DNA from: a virus
Lineage: Duplodnaviria > Caudoviricetes
Length of the DNA stretch: 40,771 nucleotides
IMG/VR virus record: IMGVR_UViG_3300037424_003028
Span: 1 to 40,771 of that record
Reading direction: 5' to 3' (one strand)
This document shows, one piece after another, positions 17,702 through 25,936 of this stretch. The position numbers were made by a program, and so were the translations under genes. The notes under the pieces are model-generated. The model was given only the letters and a program-made list of their open reading frames with translations, ran no database searches and had not been told where the DNA came from. Position 1 is the first letter of the stretch. Each line of letters begins with the position of its first letter.

Positions 17702-17739
17702 TCCCCGCCCGCAGCCATTACACGCACTACGGGCGGGGA
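17702..17739 (-). terminator. Stem-loop after the capsid gene (terminator/attenuator)
   Basis: TCCCCGCCCG...CGGGCGGGGA stem followed by an AT-rich tract; weak U-run. Confidence 0.5.
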
Positions 17740-17768
17740 GAATGATACGATCCAGAACCCGCCGACGA

Positions 17769-18758
17769 TTACACGTCGACGGCGGTGAGCAGATGCCCGC
17801 ACTCGGGGTAGATCAGCTTTTCCTCGACGTCGTGCAGCACGCGATAAACGTTGCCGCGGGTTTGCGGTTCCTCGTACATTTCGACGAGCAATCTGGCCTC
17901 ACCGTTGCCATTGGAACCCTCATTCCATTGGAACGTTCGCCCCAGCCCTGGCTCAAAAACATCCCTGGTTTCGGGAATCCGGGCGACCATCGCCTTAGTG
18001 CTGTCCCAGATAGTTGCGGGTGTGAAGCCATCGACGGTCGTGGCAACGTTTCCCGTTCCGCCGGCGACAATTACCTGTTTGAGTGCAAATACCGTAGCCA
18101 GTTGGGCGGCGGTAATCTTGCCCGGCTCCACGCTGCTGCCCGCACCGCTGGAGGCGATCTTGTCCACCACCTGCGCACACAGGCGCAGATGTCGGAATAA
18201 CTTCCACGAAACGATCAGCGCGTTAGGCAACAGCCCGGTGCCATCCCACACCTTGGCAAAGGCGGCCTCGATGTCGTCCAACGGCGTGGCGGTAGCATGG
18301 GTTGACCAAGGAATGCTGACAGCGGTGGTCAACGCCGCACCCGTATAGGTTGTGGCATTAAACACCGCCTCAGCCACGCGATACTCGGCTTCCTTGAGCG
18401 TGTTATGCATCGAACGCATGGATGCATATTTCTCGGCGTCCAGGTAGTCGGCATACATTTCCCGTTGACGCTTATCCACCAACTCCTCGATTCCATACTG
18501 TTGGGTGGAATAAGTTTTGGCGTCAAACCTCATTGTCGTTCGGTTGAAGCCCGACCCGGCCGCCCGCTTCATGTCAGGCCGCCTGGTGAGCAACTCCTCC
18601 TTGGGAATTACCGGATATGTCCCCGCTTGCCGGTCCACCGGCAAATGCGGAAGCACCAGGTGGCCGATGTACCCATCGCGGTCGGCGGGCAGGTTAAATT
18701 CAACATACTCCCCGAGGTCGGGTCGCAACGTTGTAAGTGCAGTTGTCGGTCGTGCCAT
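17769..18758 (-). CDS. Major capsid protein (HK97 fold, lambda gpE-like)
   Basis: 329 aa after protease and decoration genes; PWSTHATATPLDDI...PNALIVS motif; AGGAG RBS. Confidence 0.88.
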   Translation of the reverse strand: MARPTTALTTLRPDLGEYVEFNLPADRDGYIGHLVLPHLPVDRQAGTYPVIPKEELLTRRPDMKRAAGSGFNRTTMRFDAKTYSTQQYGIEELVDKRQREMYADYLDAEKYASMRSMHNTLKEAEYRVAEAVFNATTYTGAALTTAVSIPWSTHATATPLDDIEAAFAKVWDGTGLLPNALIVSWKLFRHLRLCAQVVDKIASSGAGSSVEPGKITAAQLATVFALKQVIVAGGTGNVATTVDGFTPATIWDSTKAMVARIPETRDVFEPGLGRTFQWNEGSNGNGEARLLVEMYEEPQTRGNVYRVLHDVEEKLIYPECGHLLTAVDV

Positions 18759-18840
18759 TGTTCAAGCTCCTATCTAGTGTCTTATTTGCGTCACTCGGTC
18801 CGCGTATACACTCGCGGTAGACAACCGGGCAACTGCCGTT

Positions 18841-19767
18841 CTAGCCCTTAACGTCACAGAGTCGCTGTACCGCGCCGATCTCGATCAGCTTGTTGGCGGT
18901 TCCGCCGGTATCATTGGCCACGCCGGTCAGCTCAACATCGAGCATGTCACCCGGAGCCAGACCGGACGGCGTGATGGTGAAGTCATAGTCAGCGAAGGCG
19001 TCGGTCAGGGTTTGGGCGGCGGTGGCACACAAGTCCGCGCTGACCCCCGCCTCCTTGTCTGACTTGTGCACTACGACGTCAATGGTCTGGGCCACCTCTA
19101 CGTCGCCAGTGATGCGGGCATGGACCCGCAACGTGACGGTCTGGCCGGCCACATATTCGACGGGTAGCGGGGTCAAACAGCGGCACTTGTTCGTCACTGA
19201 TGCGGCACTGGCCGCCTCGCCGACCAGTATTGGGCTGGCCGATCCGAAGGTGCCGACGGTCAGACCGAACGCGCCCGAGGGCGTGCCCGCGGAATCGCCC
19301 AACAGGGCACCGGTGCCGGTAACGCGCATTTCGGTCAGCGGGATGGAGTAGACGGCCAGATCATCCTGAGCCAGCCCAGTGCGGGCGACGGCCCCCAGGA
19401 TGGCGGCGGCGGTCTCCAATCCCTCAATCGGTTCCAGGTCGGCGGAACCCGTGGTGAGGGCCTCGCCCACCAGCACGGTGCCGCTGTCGTCGATCTTGCC
19501 GTCGGCGGCGGCATAGATCGCGTCGCCGGCATCCACGCCGGTGCCGGAACAAATATAGATGCGTTTGCCTTGGCCGTTGCGCAGCCACACCGCGACTACG
19601 TCGTCGGCGGCGAAGTTTTCATCCACCGTAGTGCCGATGCAGTCGGTGCTGGTGCTGTCGCAATAGGCGAGTTTGCCGTTGTCGTCCAGACGCACCCGCC
19701 GATTAGCCTTCAACGCGGCACTAGCCACAAAGGTCGCGGTCGGGGCGATAGAATGTGTTGGTAACAT
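18841..19767 (-). CDS. Capsid decoration/cement protein (DUF2190-like N-terminus) with an extra C-terminal domain
   Basis: TFVASAAL...RVRL...IG...AGDAIYAAADGK motif in the first ~115 aa. Confidence 0.7.
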   Translation of the reverse strand: MLPTHSIAPTATFVASAALKANRRVRLDDNGKLAYCDSTSTDCIGTTVDENFAADDVVAVWLRNGQGKRIYICSGTGVDAGDAIYAAADGKIDDSGTVLVGEALTTGSADLEPIEGLETAAAILGAVARTGLAQDDLAVYSIPLTEMRVTGTGALLGDSAGTPSGAFGLTVGTFGSASPILVGEAASAASVTNKCRCLTPLPVEYVAGQTVTLRVHARITGDVEVAQTIDVVVHKSDKEAGVSADLCATAAQTLTDAFADYDFTITPSGLAPGDMLDVELTGVANDTGGTANKLIEIGAVQRLCDVKG

Positions 19768-19853
19768 TGGTTATTTCCTCATTCAGAGTCAAAGTTTGTT
19801 CAAACCCAAGTCCACCCATCAGGGCGACTACCGTTTTTTGTGTCGCGTGAGGC

Positions 19854-20348
19854 TTACCTGTCCTTGCGCGCGGCGTTGAACTCTTCCACGTAGGCCGCGT
19901 GCAGTTCCTTCTGCTCTCGCGCCACTGTGAACAGGGCGTCGCCCCTGGACAGGCCGCCGGCCACCTTCGCAGCCACCGCGGCATTCCACTGTTCGGTCGC
20001 GCCGCCTTCAGCGTTGGCCGTGGCGGCCGCCTTCTTGACTTTTCCGCCCAGCGGCTCGACGCCGGACGCAGACTCCGCCTGCTTGGTTTGTGAAGACGAC
20101 TGGATCGCGGCCACCTTGGCCTCGGCCTCCGCGAGTTTGCCCCGCAGGTCAGTAACCTCGCCCCGTAAGTCGGTGATCTGCTTGGCTTGGACCTCGTTGA
20201 CCTTGACCAGCTCGGCCATCCAGCCATCCTTGGCATCCGCCAACGACTTGTCGGCCTCAATACAGGACAGGCGGAAATCGGCAGTGCTGCCGGGGCAGCC
20301 CGCTTTCAATTCCGCAGCCGATGCGGCGATGTTTTCGCCATTTGCCAT
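19854..20348 (-). CDS. Nested in-frame scaffolding protein (Nu3-like)
   Basis: Internal AAGGAGG RBS upstream of the ATG at 20348 (MANGENIAAS...). Confidence 0.7.
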   Translation of the reverse strand: MANGENIAASAAELKAGCPGSTADFRLSCIEADKSLADAKDGWMAELVKVNEVQAKQITDLRGEVTDLRGKLAEAEAKVAAIQSSSQTKQAESASGVEPLGGKVKKAAATANAEGGATEQWNAAVAAKVAGGLSRGDALFTVAREQKELHAAYVEEFNAARKDR

Positions 20349-21254
20349 TGCACGTACCTCCTTCGCGCGGGCTGCGCCGCGCTTACTGTTATTGGTTACC
20401 GTCAAGTCCGCCAAGACGGCATCGAAACTCTTAATTTCATCCACCAAGCCCAACGCCCGCGCGTACTCGCCGACATGCACCCGGCCGTCAGCCAGGGCGG
20501 CCACCTGCTCGGCAGTCATCCGCCGGCCACGCGACACTCGGCCCAAAAACATCTCGTTAGCCTGATGGATGGTCCGCTGCATTTCGGCAATCTGGTCGGC
20601 GGTGATCTCCGTTCCCTGAACGCCGACCCCCTTGAACGCACCGGCTCGAACTACGTGAGGCTTGACCCCCTCCTTGGCAAACAGGCCGGAGTAGTCGTAC
20701 ACCACGGCATACATGCCAATGGAGCCGACCACTGAATCAGTGCCGGCCACAATCTTGGTGCATTGAGACGCGACGATGTAGGCGGCCGAAGCTCCCAGGT
20801 CTTCGATGTACGCCACTACCGGCTTGATTGCCGCCAAAGCCCGCACGTCGTCGGCCAGGTCGCCGACGCCGGATACCGATCCGCCCGGCGAGTCGATCTT
20901 AATGGCTACCGACTTGACATCCTCGCGGCTGCTCAGCTCGCGCATCACTCGCCGCATCTGTACCGTGCCGGGAAACGACGCCAGACTGCTGGAATATTTG
21001 GTCATGGCCCCCACGAACGGTACCACCGCCACACCCTCGGGCGTAACCGAATAAAGCTCGCGGCCGCCGGTCGCGCCGTTGCCGCTGCCGACCTTGGCTT
21101 GCGACTCGGCGATATGCGCGAAGATGTCCAGGCTGTTGATCTGCGAAATGCCGGCCAGCAGCGAATCCTGATACATCGCCCACAGCCCGAGGTACTGTTC
21201 GATGTGCGGGATGGCCGGCAACGCACTGTCAAAGTTTTCGTCGCTCATGTTCAT
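19854..21254 (-). CDS. S49 prohead protease / scaffold (lambda gpC-like)
   Basis: IDSPGGSV, GASAAY and VGSIG motifs; coiled-coil C-terminus. Confidence 0.93.
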   Translation of the reverse strand: MNMSDENFDSALPAIPHIEQYLGLWAMYQDSLLAGISQINSLDIFAHIAESQAKVGSGNGATGGRELYSVTPEGVAVVPFVGAMTKYSSSLASFPGTVQMRRVMRELSSREDVKSVAIKIDSPGGSVSGVGDLADDVRALAAIKPVVAYIEDLGASAAYIVASQCTKIVAGTDSVVGSIGMYAVVYDYSGLFAKEGVKPHVVRAGAFKGVGVQGTEITADQIAEMQRTIHQANEMFLGRVSRGRRMTAEQVAALADGRVHVGEYARALGLVDEIKSFDAVLADLTVTNNSKRGAARAKEVRAMANGENIAASAAELKAGCPGSTADFRLSCIEADKSLADAKDGWMAELVKVNEVQAKQITDLRGEVTDLRGKLAEAEAKVAAIQSSSQTKQAESASGVEPLGGKVKKAAATANAEGGATEQWNAAVAAKVAGGLSRGDALFTVAREQKELHAAYVEEFNAARKDR

Positions 21255-22861
21255 TCCTTCGGGCTCTTCTTGGGTTCAGCCGCGGGGGCGGCATCATCCT
21301 TGCCGTCATCCGCCGCCAGCTTAGCCTCTTCGTCCGCATCTTGTTCCGTAGTGGGCGCCGGCGCCGGGGCGGTCAGCGGGGTTACAAATTCGTGCCAGTC
21401 AACCTTGGCTTCTGGATACTTTGTGTTCACCTTCCTAGCCGCCTCCAGACCCGCTTCAATCAGCAGCGACCGGTCGGCCACGATCTCGGGCACGATTTCA
21501 TGCCACTTGCGCCCGCGCTCGGCATGTAACCGCCGGGGCGAAATCAGGTGCTTGTCCAGCCGCAGCGTATCGGCCTCGGCATCTTTTTTCGGCTCGATGT
21601 AATCCCACGTAGGCGGGTTCCAAACGTGCTTGAAGATGGCCGGCCCCAGCCGTGCCGCCAACGCCGCTACCGCCGGATCGCTTTCAATCCACTGGCGAAC
21701 TTTCCAGCGATACACCGGCTGATGCACAAACTCGGACAGCCACCGTTGCAGTTCGCGGAAGCCTTGCCGGGCCTGGTCGATCGCCCCGCGCCAACTGGAA
21801 AAGCCGCCCTTGGTGGCGGACGGGTCCAGCAGCAGGACGGCCACCGGCAAATTCAGATTGATGGCGATGAAGGTCAAAATCATCGTCGCGTGCATGAAAA
21901 ATTCGGGGTTGGGAATGTTCGGCGAAAAGCCGGTTATTTTTTCGCCCACCGCACCGGCAATGTCCAAACCGGGGGCGATGCTTTCCAGCCTGCGGACATA
22001 GCCATCCTTGCTCTCGGTGTACTCTTCGCCCACGGCGTCAGGATCGCCGGAGTTAAATTCGCTACTCCGCTCGTGGATGATCGCAAAACAGCTCGCCACC
22101 TGCTGCTGTACCATCTTGGCAAACTGAATGCTGTCGTGCATTTCGATCGAATCGACCACCGGAGCAAACGCGGTAATGCCGCGAGTCTGAGTGAAGCGGC
22201 GGGGCAGGTAGATGTGAAACACCTGTTTGTTGCCGTCTTCGCCGCGGGCCTTATACGCCTTGATGTCCGACACCAGCGACAACGAGGCCAGCGGGCTGAT
22301 GTCATCCTTGGTAAACCAGTACTCCAAACGACGGCGATCGTCGCCCAGCAGAACGCCGCACACCACGTTTTTCCGGGTATTGGACGGCGTGCGCAGGCGA
22401 TGGCCCTCGACCGCCTCGATAGTGCCGTTTTTCAAGGGCAGTAAACAGATGTCCCCATCCACGATCGGATGCCGCATCGCCAGCCGCTCGATCTGATGCC
22501 AGGTCAACTCGCCGGCACTGTGACACTTTTCCGGGTCGGTTGACCAATCCAGCCAATTGCCGGCCAGCAGCTTGTTGGCCTCGGGATCGCCGGTCTGTGG
22601 GTCCAGGGCGAAACCACCCTGTACCACGTTGTCCACCAGCCGATTGACACCCTGGCCGATCACACAATTGTCCCGGTCGAACGCCCGGGCCTGCTCGATC
22701 ATCCGCAGATACTCGTATTCATTGCGAATGTGATAGTCTGCACTGCTGCCGGTACTACATACCCCGGTCAGCCGACGACGAAAACGAGATTGCTTGGCGG
22801 CGTTGTAATCGCCGCGCATGTGCTGGAAAACTTCAGCGAGATTCGCAATCCCCATTGCCAT
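21251..22861 (-). CDS. Portal protein, lambda family
   Basis: RFTQTRGITAFAP, FSSWRG and WDYIEPKKDAEA motifs. Confidence 0.93.
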   Translation of the reverse strand: MAMGIANLAEVFQHMRGDYNAAKQSRFRRRLTGVCSTGSSADYHIRNEYEYLRMIEQARAFDRDNCVIGQGVNRLVDNVVQGGFALDPQTGDPEANKLLAGNWLDWSTDPEKCHSAGELTWHQIERLAMRHPIVDGDICLLPLKNGTIEAVEGHRLRTPSNTRKNVVCGVLLGDDRRRLEYWFTKDDISPLASLSLVSDIKAYKARGEDGNKQVFHIYLPRRFTQTRGITAFAPVVDSIEMHDSIQFAKMVQQQVASCFAIIHERSSEFNSGDPDAVGEEYTESKDGYVRRLESIAPGLDIAGAVGEKITGFSPNIPNPEFFMHATMILTFIAINLNLPVAVLLLDPSATKGGFSSWRGAIDQARQGFRELQRWLSEFVHQPVYRWKVRQWIESDPAVAALAARLGPAIFKHVWNPPTWDYIEPKKDAEADTLRLDKHLISPRRLHAERGRKWHEIVPEIVADRSLLIEAGLEAARKVNTKYPEAKVDWHEFVTPLTAPAPAPTTEQDADEEAKLAADDGKDDAAPAAEPKKSPKE

Positions 22862-23160
22862 CAGTCACGAAACTCCGAAAAGTCCACATGCCGGACACAA
22901 CCCCGCCCACCGGTGCGATAGCTGGAATCGTTGGCCGCCAGCCATTTTTCAGCCTTGTTCAATTCGCCCTGGGTTTTCAGGTAGTTATCCGCCGAGCGCT
23001 CGCCGCCGCTTTCCAGCTCCTCCCGCGTGCGCATCAATAACATGCGGGCGGCCTGAATGAACAGCCGGCACTTGGCCGTCGAGCCGTCCAGGTCGTAGTC
23101 GCAATTGGTCGCGTAAGCGATGCGAATAGTGGCGATGGTGGCGTCGGGTGCCAAGCTCAT
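22861..23160 (-). CDS. Small head-completion protein (gpW position)
   Basis: Immediately upstream of the portal with a 1-bp overlap; start chosen at MSLAPD. Confidence 0.55.
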   Translation of the reverse strand: MSLAPDATIATIRIAYATNCDYDLDGSTAKCRLFIQAARMLLMRTREELESGGERSADNYLKTQGELNKAEKWLAANDSSYRTGGRGCVRHVDFSEFRD

Positions 23161-23248
23161 GTCTCGGACATTAGGCCAGGTGGGGGCGGGAAACAATAAC
23201 CCGAACTTCGGATTCCTCGGATTCTTCGGGCGAGAAAATAGCGGGAAT

Positions 23249-23365
23249 AGCTATCAGCTATCAGCTATCAGCCGGAAAGGGAAAGATGAGGGGGCGAGGA
23301 AAGAATGACGCGGAGACGCGGAGATGTCGGAAGACTCTCCGGCTGAAAGCTGATTGCTGACAGCT
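23249..23365. repeat. 28-bp imperfect inverted repeat made of GCTATCA heptamers
   Basis: 23249-23276 vs 23338-23365, 25/28 match. Confidence 0.9.
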
Positions 23366-23464
23366 TTGACCGGTTTACCTCTTCGCGCTCTTTGAGTTTT
23401 CAAAACTCAAATTTTTATCTCACGCAGAGCCGCAGAGGTGCGGATGAAAAACACCAGCAGTCGC

Positions 23465-23947
23465 CTATTCATGTAGCACGCGGTCAAGGAGCATCTGCAC
23501 ATCTTGCAGTGGATGCATCGGGCAGTTCCAATCGCTAAAGACGAGGCTGCGCTCTACCCAGAACACCCGCTCGGCTCCACGGTAGGGGATGGGGGTGGCC
23601 AGCCGCCGCGGATTGGCCAACTGCCAGCAGATCGGCCCGGTGGCCAGCGGATCACCGCCGCATTGGTCCGGTGAGAGACAACCCACCAGGTCGACCACGC
23701 CCACGATCGCCCCGGTGGGCAGGGTTTCGGCGGCCGGCATGTGCGGTGCCACCCGCCCGATCAGTTTGCGTTGCTGGTCAGACAACCGATAAAGGGGCTT
23801 GGCGGCATGAATGATCAGCGGCCCGCGATATTCCAGCCTGGCCGCCCCCGTTAGTATACGCCACGAACGATTCTCAAACCGTTTGATGCCCTGTAGGATC
23901 AGCCAGGGCCACGGCTGGCGGATGGTTATTGCCGGTAGGTAATCCAT
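23465..23947 (-). CDS. ASCH domain protein
   Basis: AITIRQPWPWLILQGIKRFENRSW, YRGPLIIHA and GAIVG motifs. Confidence 0.92.
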   Translation of the reverse strand: MDYLPAITIRQPWPWLILQGIKRFENRSWRILTGAARLEYRGPLIIHAAKPLYRLSDQQRKLIGRVAPHMPAAETLPTGAIVGVVDLVGCLSPDQCGGDPLATGPICWQLANPRRLATPIPYRGAERVFWVERSLVFSDWNCPMHPLQDVQMLLDRVLHE

Positions 23948-23957
23948 ATCGTATACT
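23929..23957 (+). promoter_or_regulatory. Promoter for a probably leaderless plus-strand gene
   Basis: TTGCCG, 17 bp, TATACT; ATGs at 23962 and 23965. Confidence 0.5.
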
Positions 23958-23961
23958 CCTA

Positions 23962-24222
23962 ATGATGGTAATGCTCAATTCAACCAACGTCCCTTCCGCC
24001 AACGGTCCCTCGACTCACCCATGCCCCAAGTGCGGCCGCCCGTGCAGCGAAGCCGGCGAACTAACCAGCCTGGGTCAGCCGGTGGCCTGCCGCGTCTTCG
24101 AGTGCGAAGCCTGCGCCGCTCCGGTGCTAGTCGGCGGGGTCAGCATCGGCGACGCCCCCTTCATCTTTGCGGTCACTGACGCCGGGGTCATCCTCAACGC
24201 CCAAACCTTCGAGCCGATCTAA
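23962..24222 (+). CDS. Small zinc-ribbon protein
   Basis: CPKC...CEAC; GC-rich third positions; the only credible plus-strand gene. Confidence 0.65.
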   Translation: MMVMLNSTNVPSANGPSTHPCPKCGRPCSEAGELTSLGQPVACRVFECEACAAPVLVGGVSIGDAPFIFAVTDAGVILNAQTFEPI

Positions 24223-24395
24223 CTGTCGATGTGATAACCTATTGCCGTGTACTTGTTCACGGTTCACCCGCCCTTTCTCTCAGGTCGCATCAAAATAACG
24301 AAGCACGTTTTGAGCACACTTCCAGTCGTAAGCATTGCCTGCGCCGCCGGGTCGCGTGTCGTACCGCGTTCCGAGGCGGGCGCGGGCGAGGGGAA

Positions 24396-24674
24396 TCACT
24401 GGAAAACTGCAAGCCTCGGCAAAAAGCCGCCGACCAGCTTGCCGGTCGCGCGATCCAGATGCCGATGTATTCCGCTCACGTCATGCGCAAAATTGAAGTC
24501 GTCTGCCGCCAGTAGGTCAGCTAGTCGCAGCGGGCACCCGTTGCAATGACACGCCCCCATGTCCATCATTAGGTCTAGTTTGCTAGTTATTTCATGGGGG
24601 TAGCTTTTTAAATATCTGGCGACAATCTTGCCAATCAGCACGACATCGCTCTTTGTGGTCGCAAAACTAATCAT
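24396..24674 (-). CDS. Conserved phage protein (DUF6874-like)
   Basis: MDMGACHCNGCPLRL..LL.ADDFNFAHDVSGI...FLPR signature; family name recalled, not searched. Confidence 0.7.
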   Translation of the reverse strand: MISFATTKSDVVLIGKIVARYLKSYPHEITSKLDLMMDMGACHCNGCPLRLADLLAADDFNFAHDVSGIHRHLDRATGKLVGGFLPRLAVFQ

Positions 24675-24704
24675 CGTTTCATTCTCCCGGCCCGTCAGGG
24701 CCTG

Positions 24705-24899
24705 TTAGTGTGTTCCGGTCGCGTTATACTCGCGCACACACGCTCGCAAGTCTCGCAAATTTTGCCACTGGTTTTTGGCAGTGATGGCGTGCTTTTTTGG
24801 TAGCGACCATACGCCATTTTCGCGAGTCGCTACGACGTGTTTGCCTCGAATCGACAACGGCACGCCCGTTTCGTTTCCGATGATAGCTTTCATTTCCAT
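24705..24899 (-). CDS. Hypothetical protein
   Basis: 64 aa with AAGGAG RBS. Confidence 0.55.
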   Translation of the reverse strand: MEMKAIIGNETGVPLSIRGKHVVATRENGVWSLPKKHAITAKNQWQNLRDLRACVREYNATGTH

Positions 24900-25108
24900 T
24901 CTCCTTGGCTGAAGTACCCATCTAACGCCTTGCGAATCACGTCTGATTCATTTACCCCCAGCGATTTGGCGCGCTCGGCTAATGATGCTCGCTGCTGAAC
25001 CGTCACCCGAAACGCCACCCACTCGGACAGGGACTGTTTGGAAAAGCTCGACGGCGGGTTCGGGTTCGGCTGCCGGGCTTTCCGCTGGGATCTCTTTTGT
25101 GCTGACAT
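24890..25108 (-). CDS. Ribbon-helix-helix (CopG-like) DNA-binding protein
   Basis: VAFRV...LAERAKSLGVNESDVIRKALD; GGAGG RBS. Confidence 0.7.
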   Translation of the reverse strand: MSAQKRSQRKARQPNPNPPSSFSKQSLSEWVAFRVTVQQRASLAERAKSLGVNESDVIRKALDGYFSQGEWK

Positions 25109-25319
25109 ATACGTTGCCTCCCTTTAGGGTCCACTGCATGGCCGTTTCATCCGCGACCGCCTGACAATCCCGCGGCAGGTGCTTGGGCAGACTGGCCAGG
25201 TAAATGCCCCGGTCGGTATGCCCGTAGTGTAACGGATTGCCCCGCCGGACCGCGACCAGCCGGTGATTCCACATCGACAGCGTAACGCAGTTTCCATCGC
25301 TGGCCGTACAACTGCGCAT
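24948..25319 (-). pseudogene. C-terminal remnant of a class II glutamine amidotransferase-like gene
   Basis: LVAVRRGNPLHYG...IYLASLP resembles the GlmS-type ARxGSPL...ASD segment; the N-terminal catalytic Cys region is absent. Confidence 0.45.
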
Positions 25320-25382
25320 GTAATTTTCGGCGACGATTTTTGATGTGGCGACAAAAATTTGAGCACACTTCCGGGGGATAGT

Positions 25383-25676
25383 CTAGCAGTCGCCGGATGC
25401 GCGCTCGCCGTCCTGGTTGTGGATCGCGCCGTTATACCATGCGGCCGATGTTGTTTTGCTGTCTGCCCTGCCGCTGAGACAGTGGCGGCAAGGAGTGCCT
25501 GCAATGCGGCCATGATCGCAGTAGTATCTCTGATGCTTCTGGAGGCACTTGCGTGCCGCCTCCAGGGTCTTGTGGGCATGGCCACAATGCTTGATCTCTT
25601 CCCACCGCTTATAATCTCGCGAGCAGGATCCCGATTCCACCACCGCGCTGTATGTTTCTTTTTTTGTGCTGCTCAT
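25383..25676 (-). CDS. Cys/His-rich hypothetical protein
   Basis: AAGGAG RBS before MSSTKK; CGHAHKT...AARKC motif; directly downstream of a promoter. Confidence 0.7.
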   Translation of the reverse strand: MSSTKKETYSAVVESGSCSRDYKRWEEIKHCGHAHKTLEAARKCLQKHQRYYCDHGRIAGTPCRHCLSGRADSKTTSAAWYNGAIHNQDGERASGDC

Positions 25677-25719
25677 TTTTCGTTCTCCTTGTCCGTGTGT
25701 CACTAATTGTTACACATGT

Positions 25720-25747
25720 AATATACCACGGCTTTGCCGGGGGTCAA
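25720..25747 (-). promoter_or_regulatory. Sigma70-type promoter of an internal cassette
   Basis: TTGACC, 16 bp spacer ending TGG, TATATT. Confidence 0.65.
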
Positions 25748-25936
25748 GCGATTCCAACCAAATTTTACGGCTAAACCGGTCCAGGACTGTACCCGATTGG
25801 GCTAAGTCCTTGCCGGGCGTAGACTTGCGTGGCCCAGAAAAATTAAAAAAGAGGCTAAAAGGAGGGCTGCTGACTGGAAAATTGCATCCCCCACCTGGTA
25901 GACATATATATGGCCTGCCCAGTGTCAAACCGGGCT

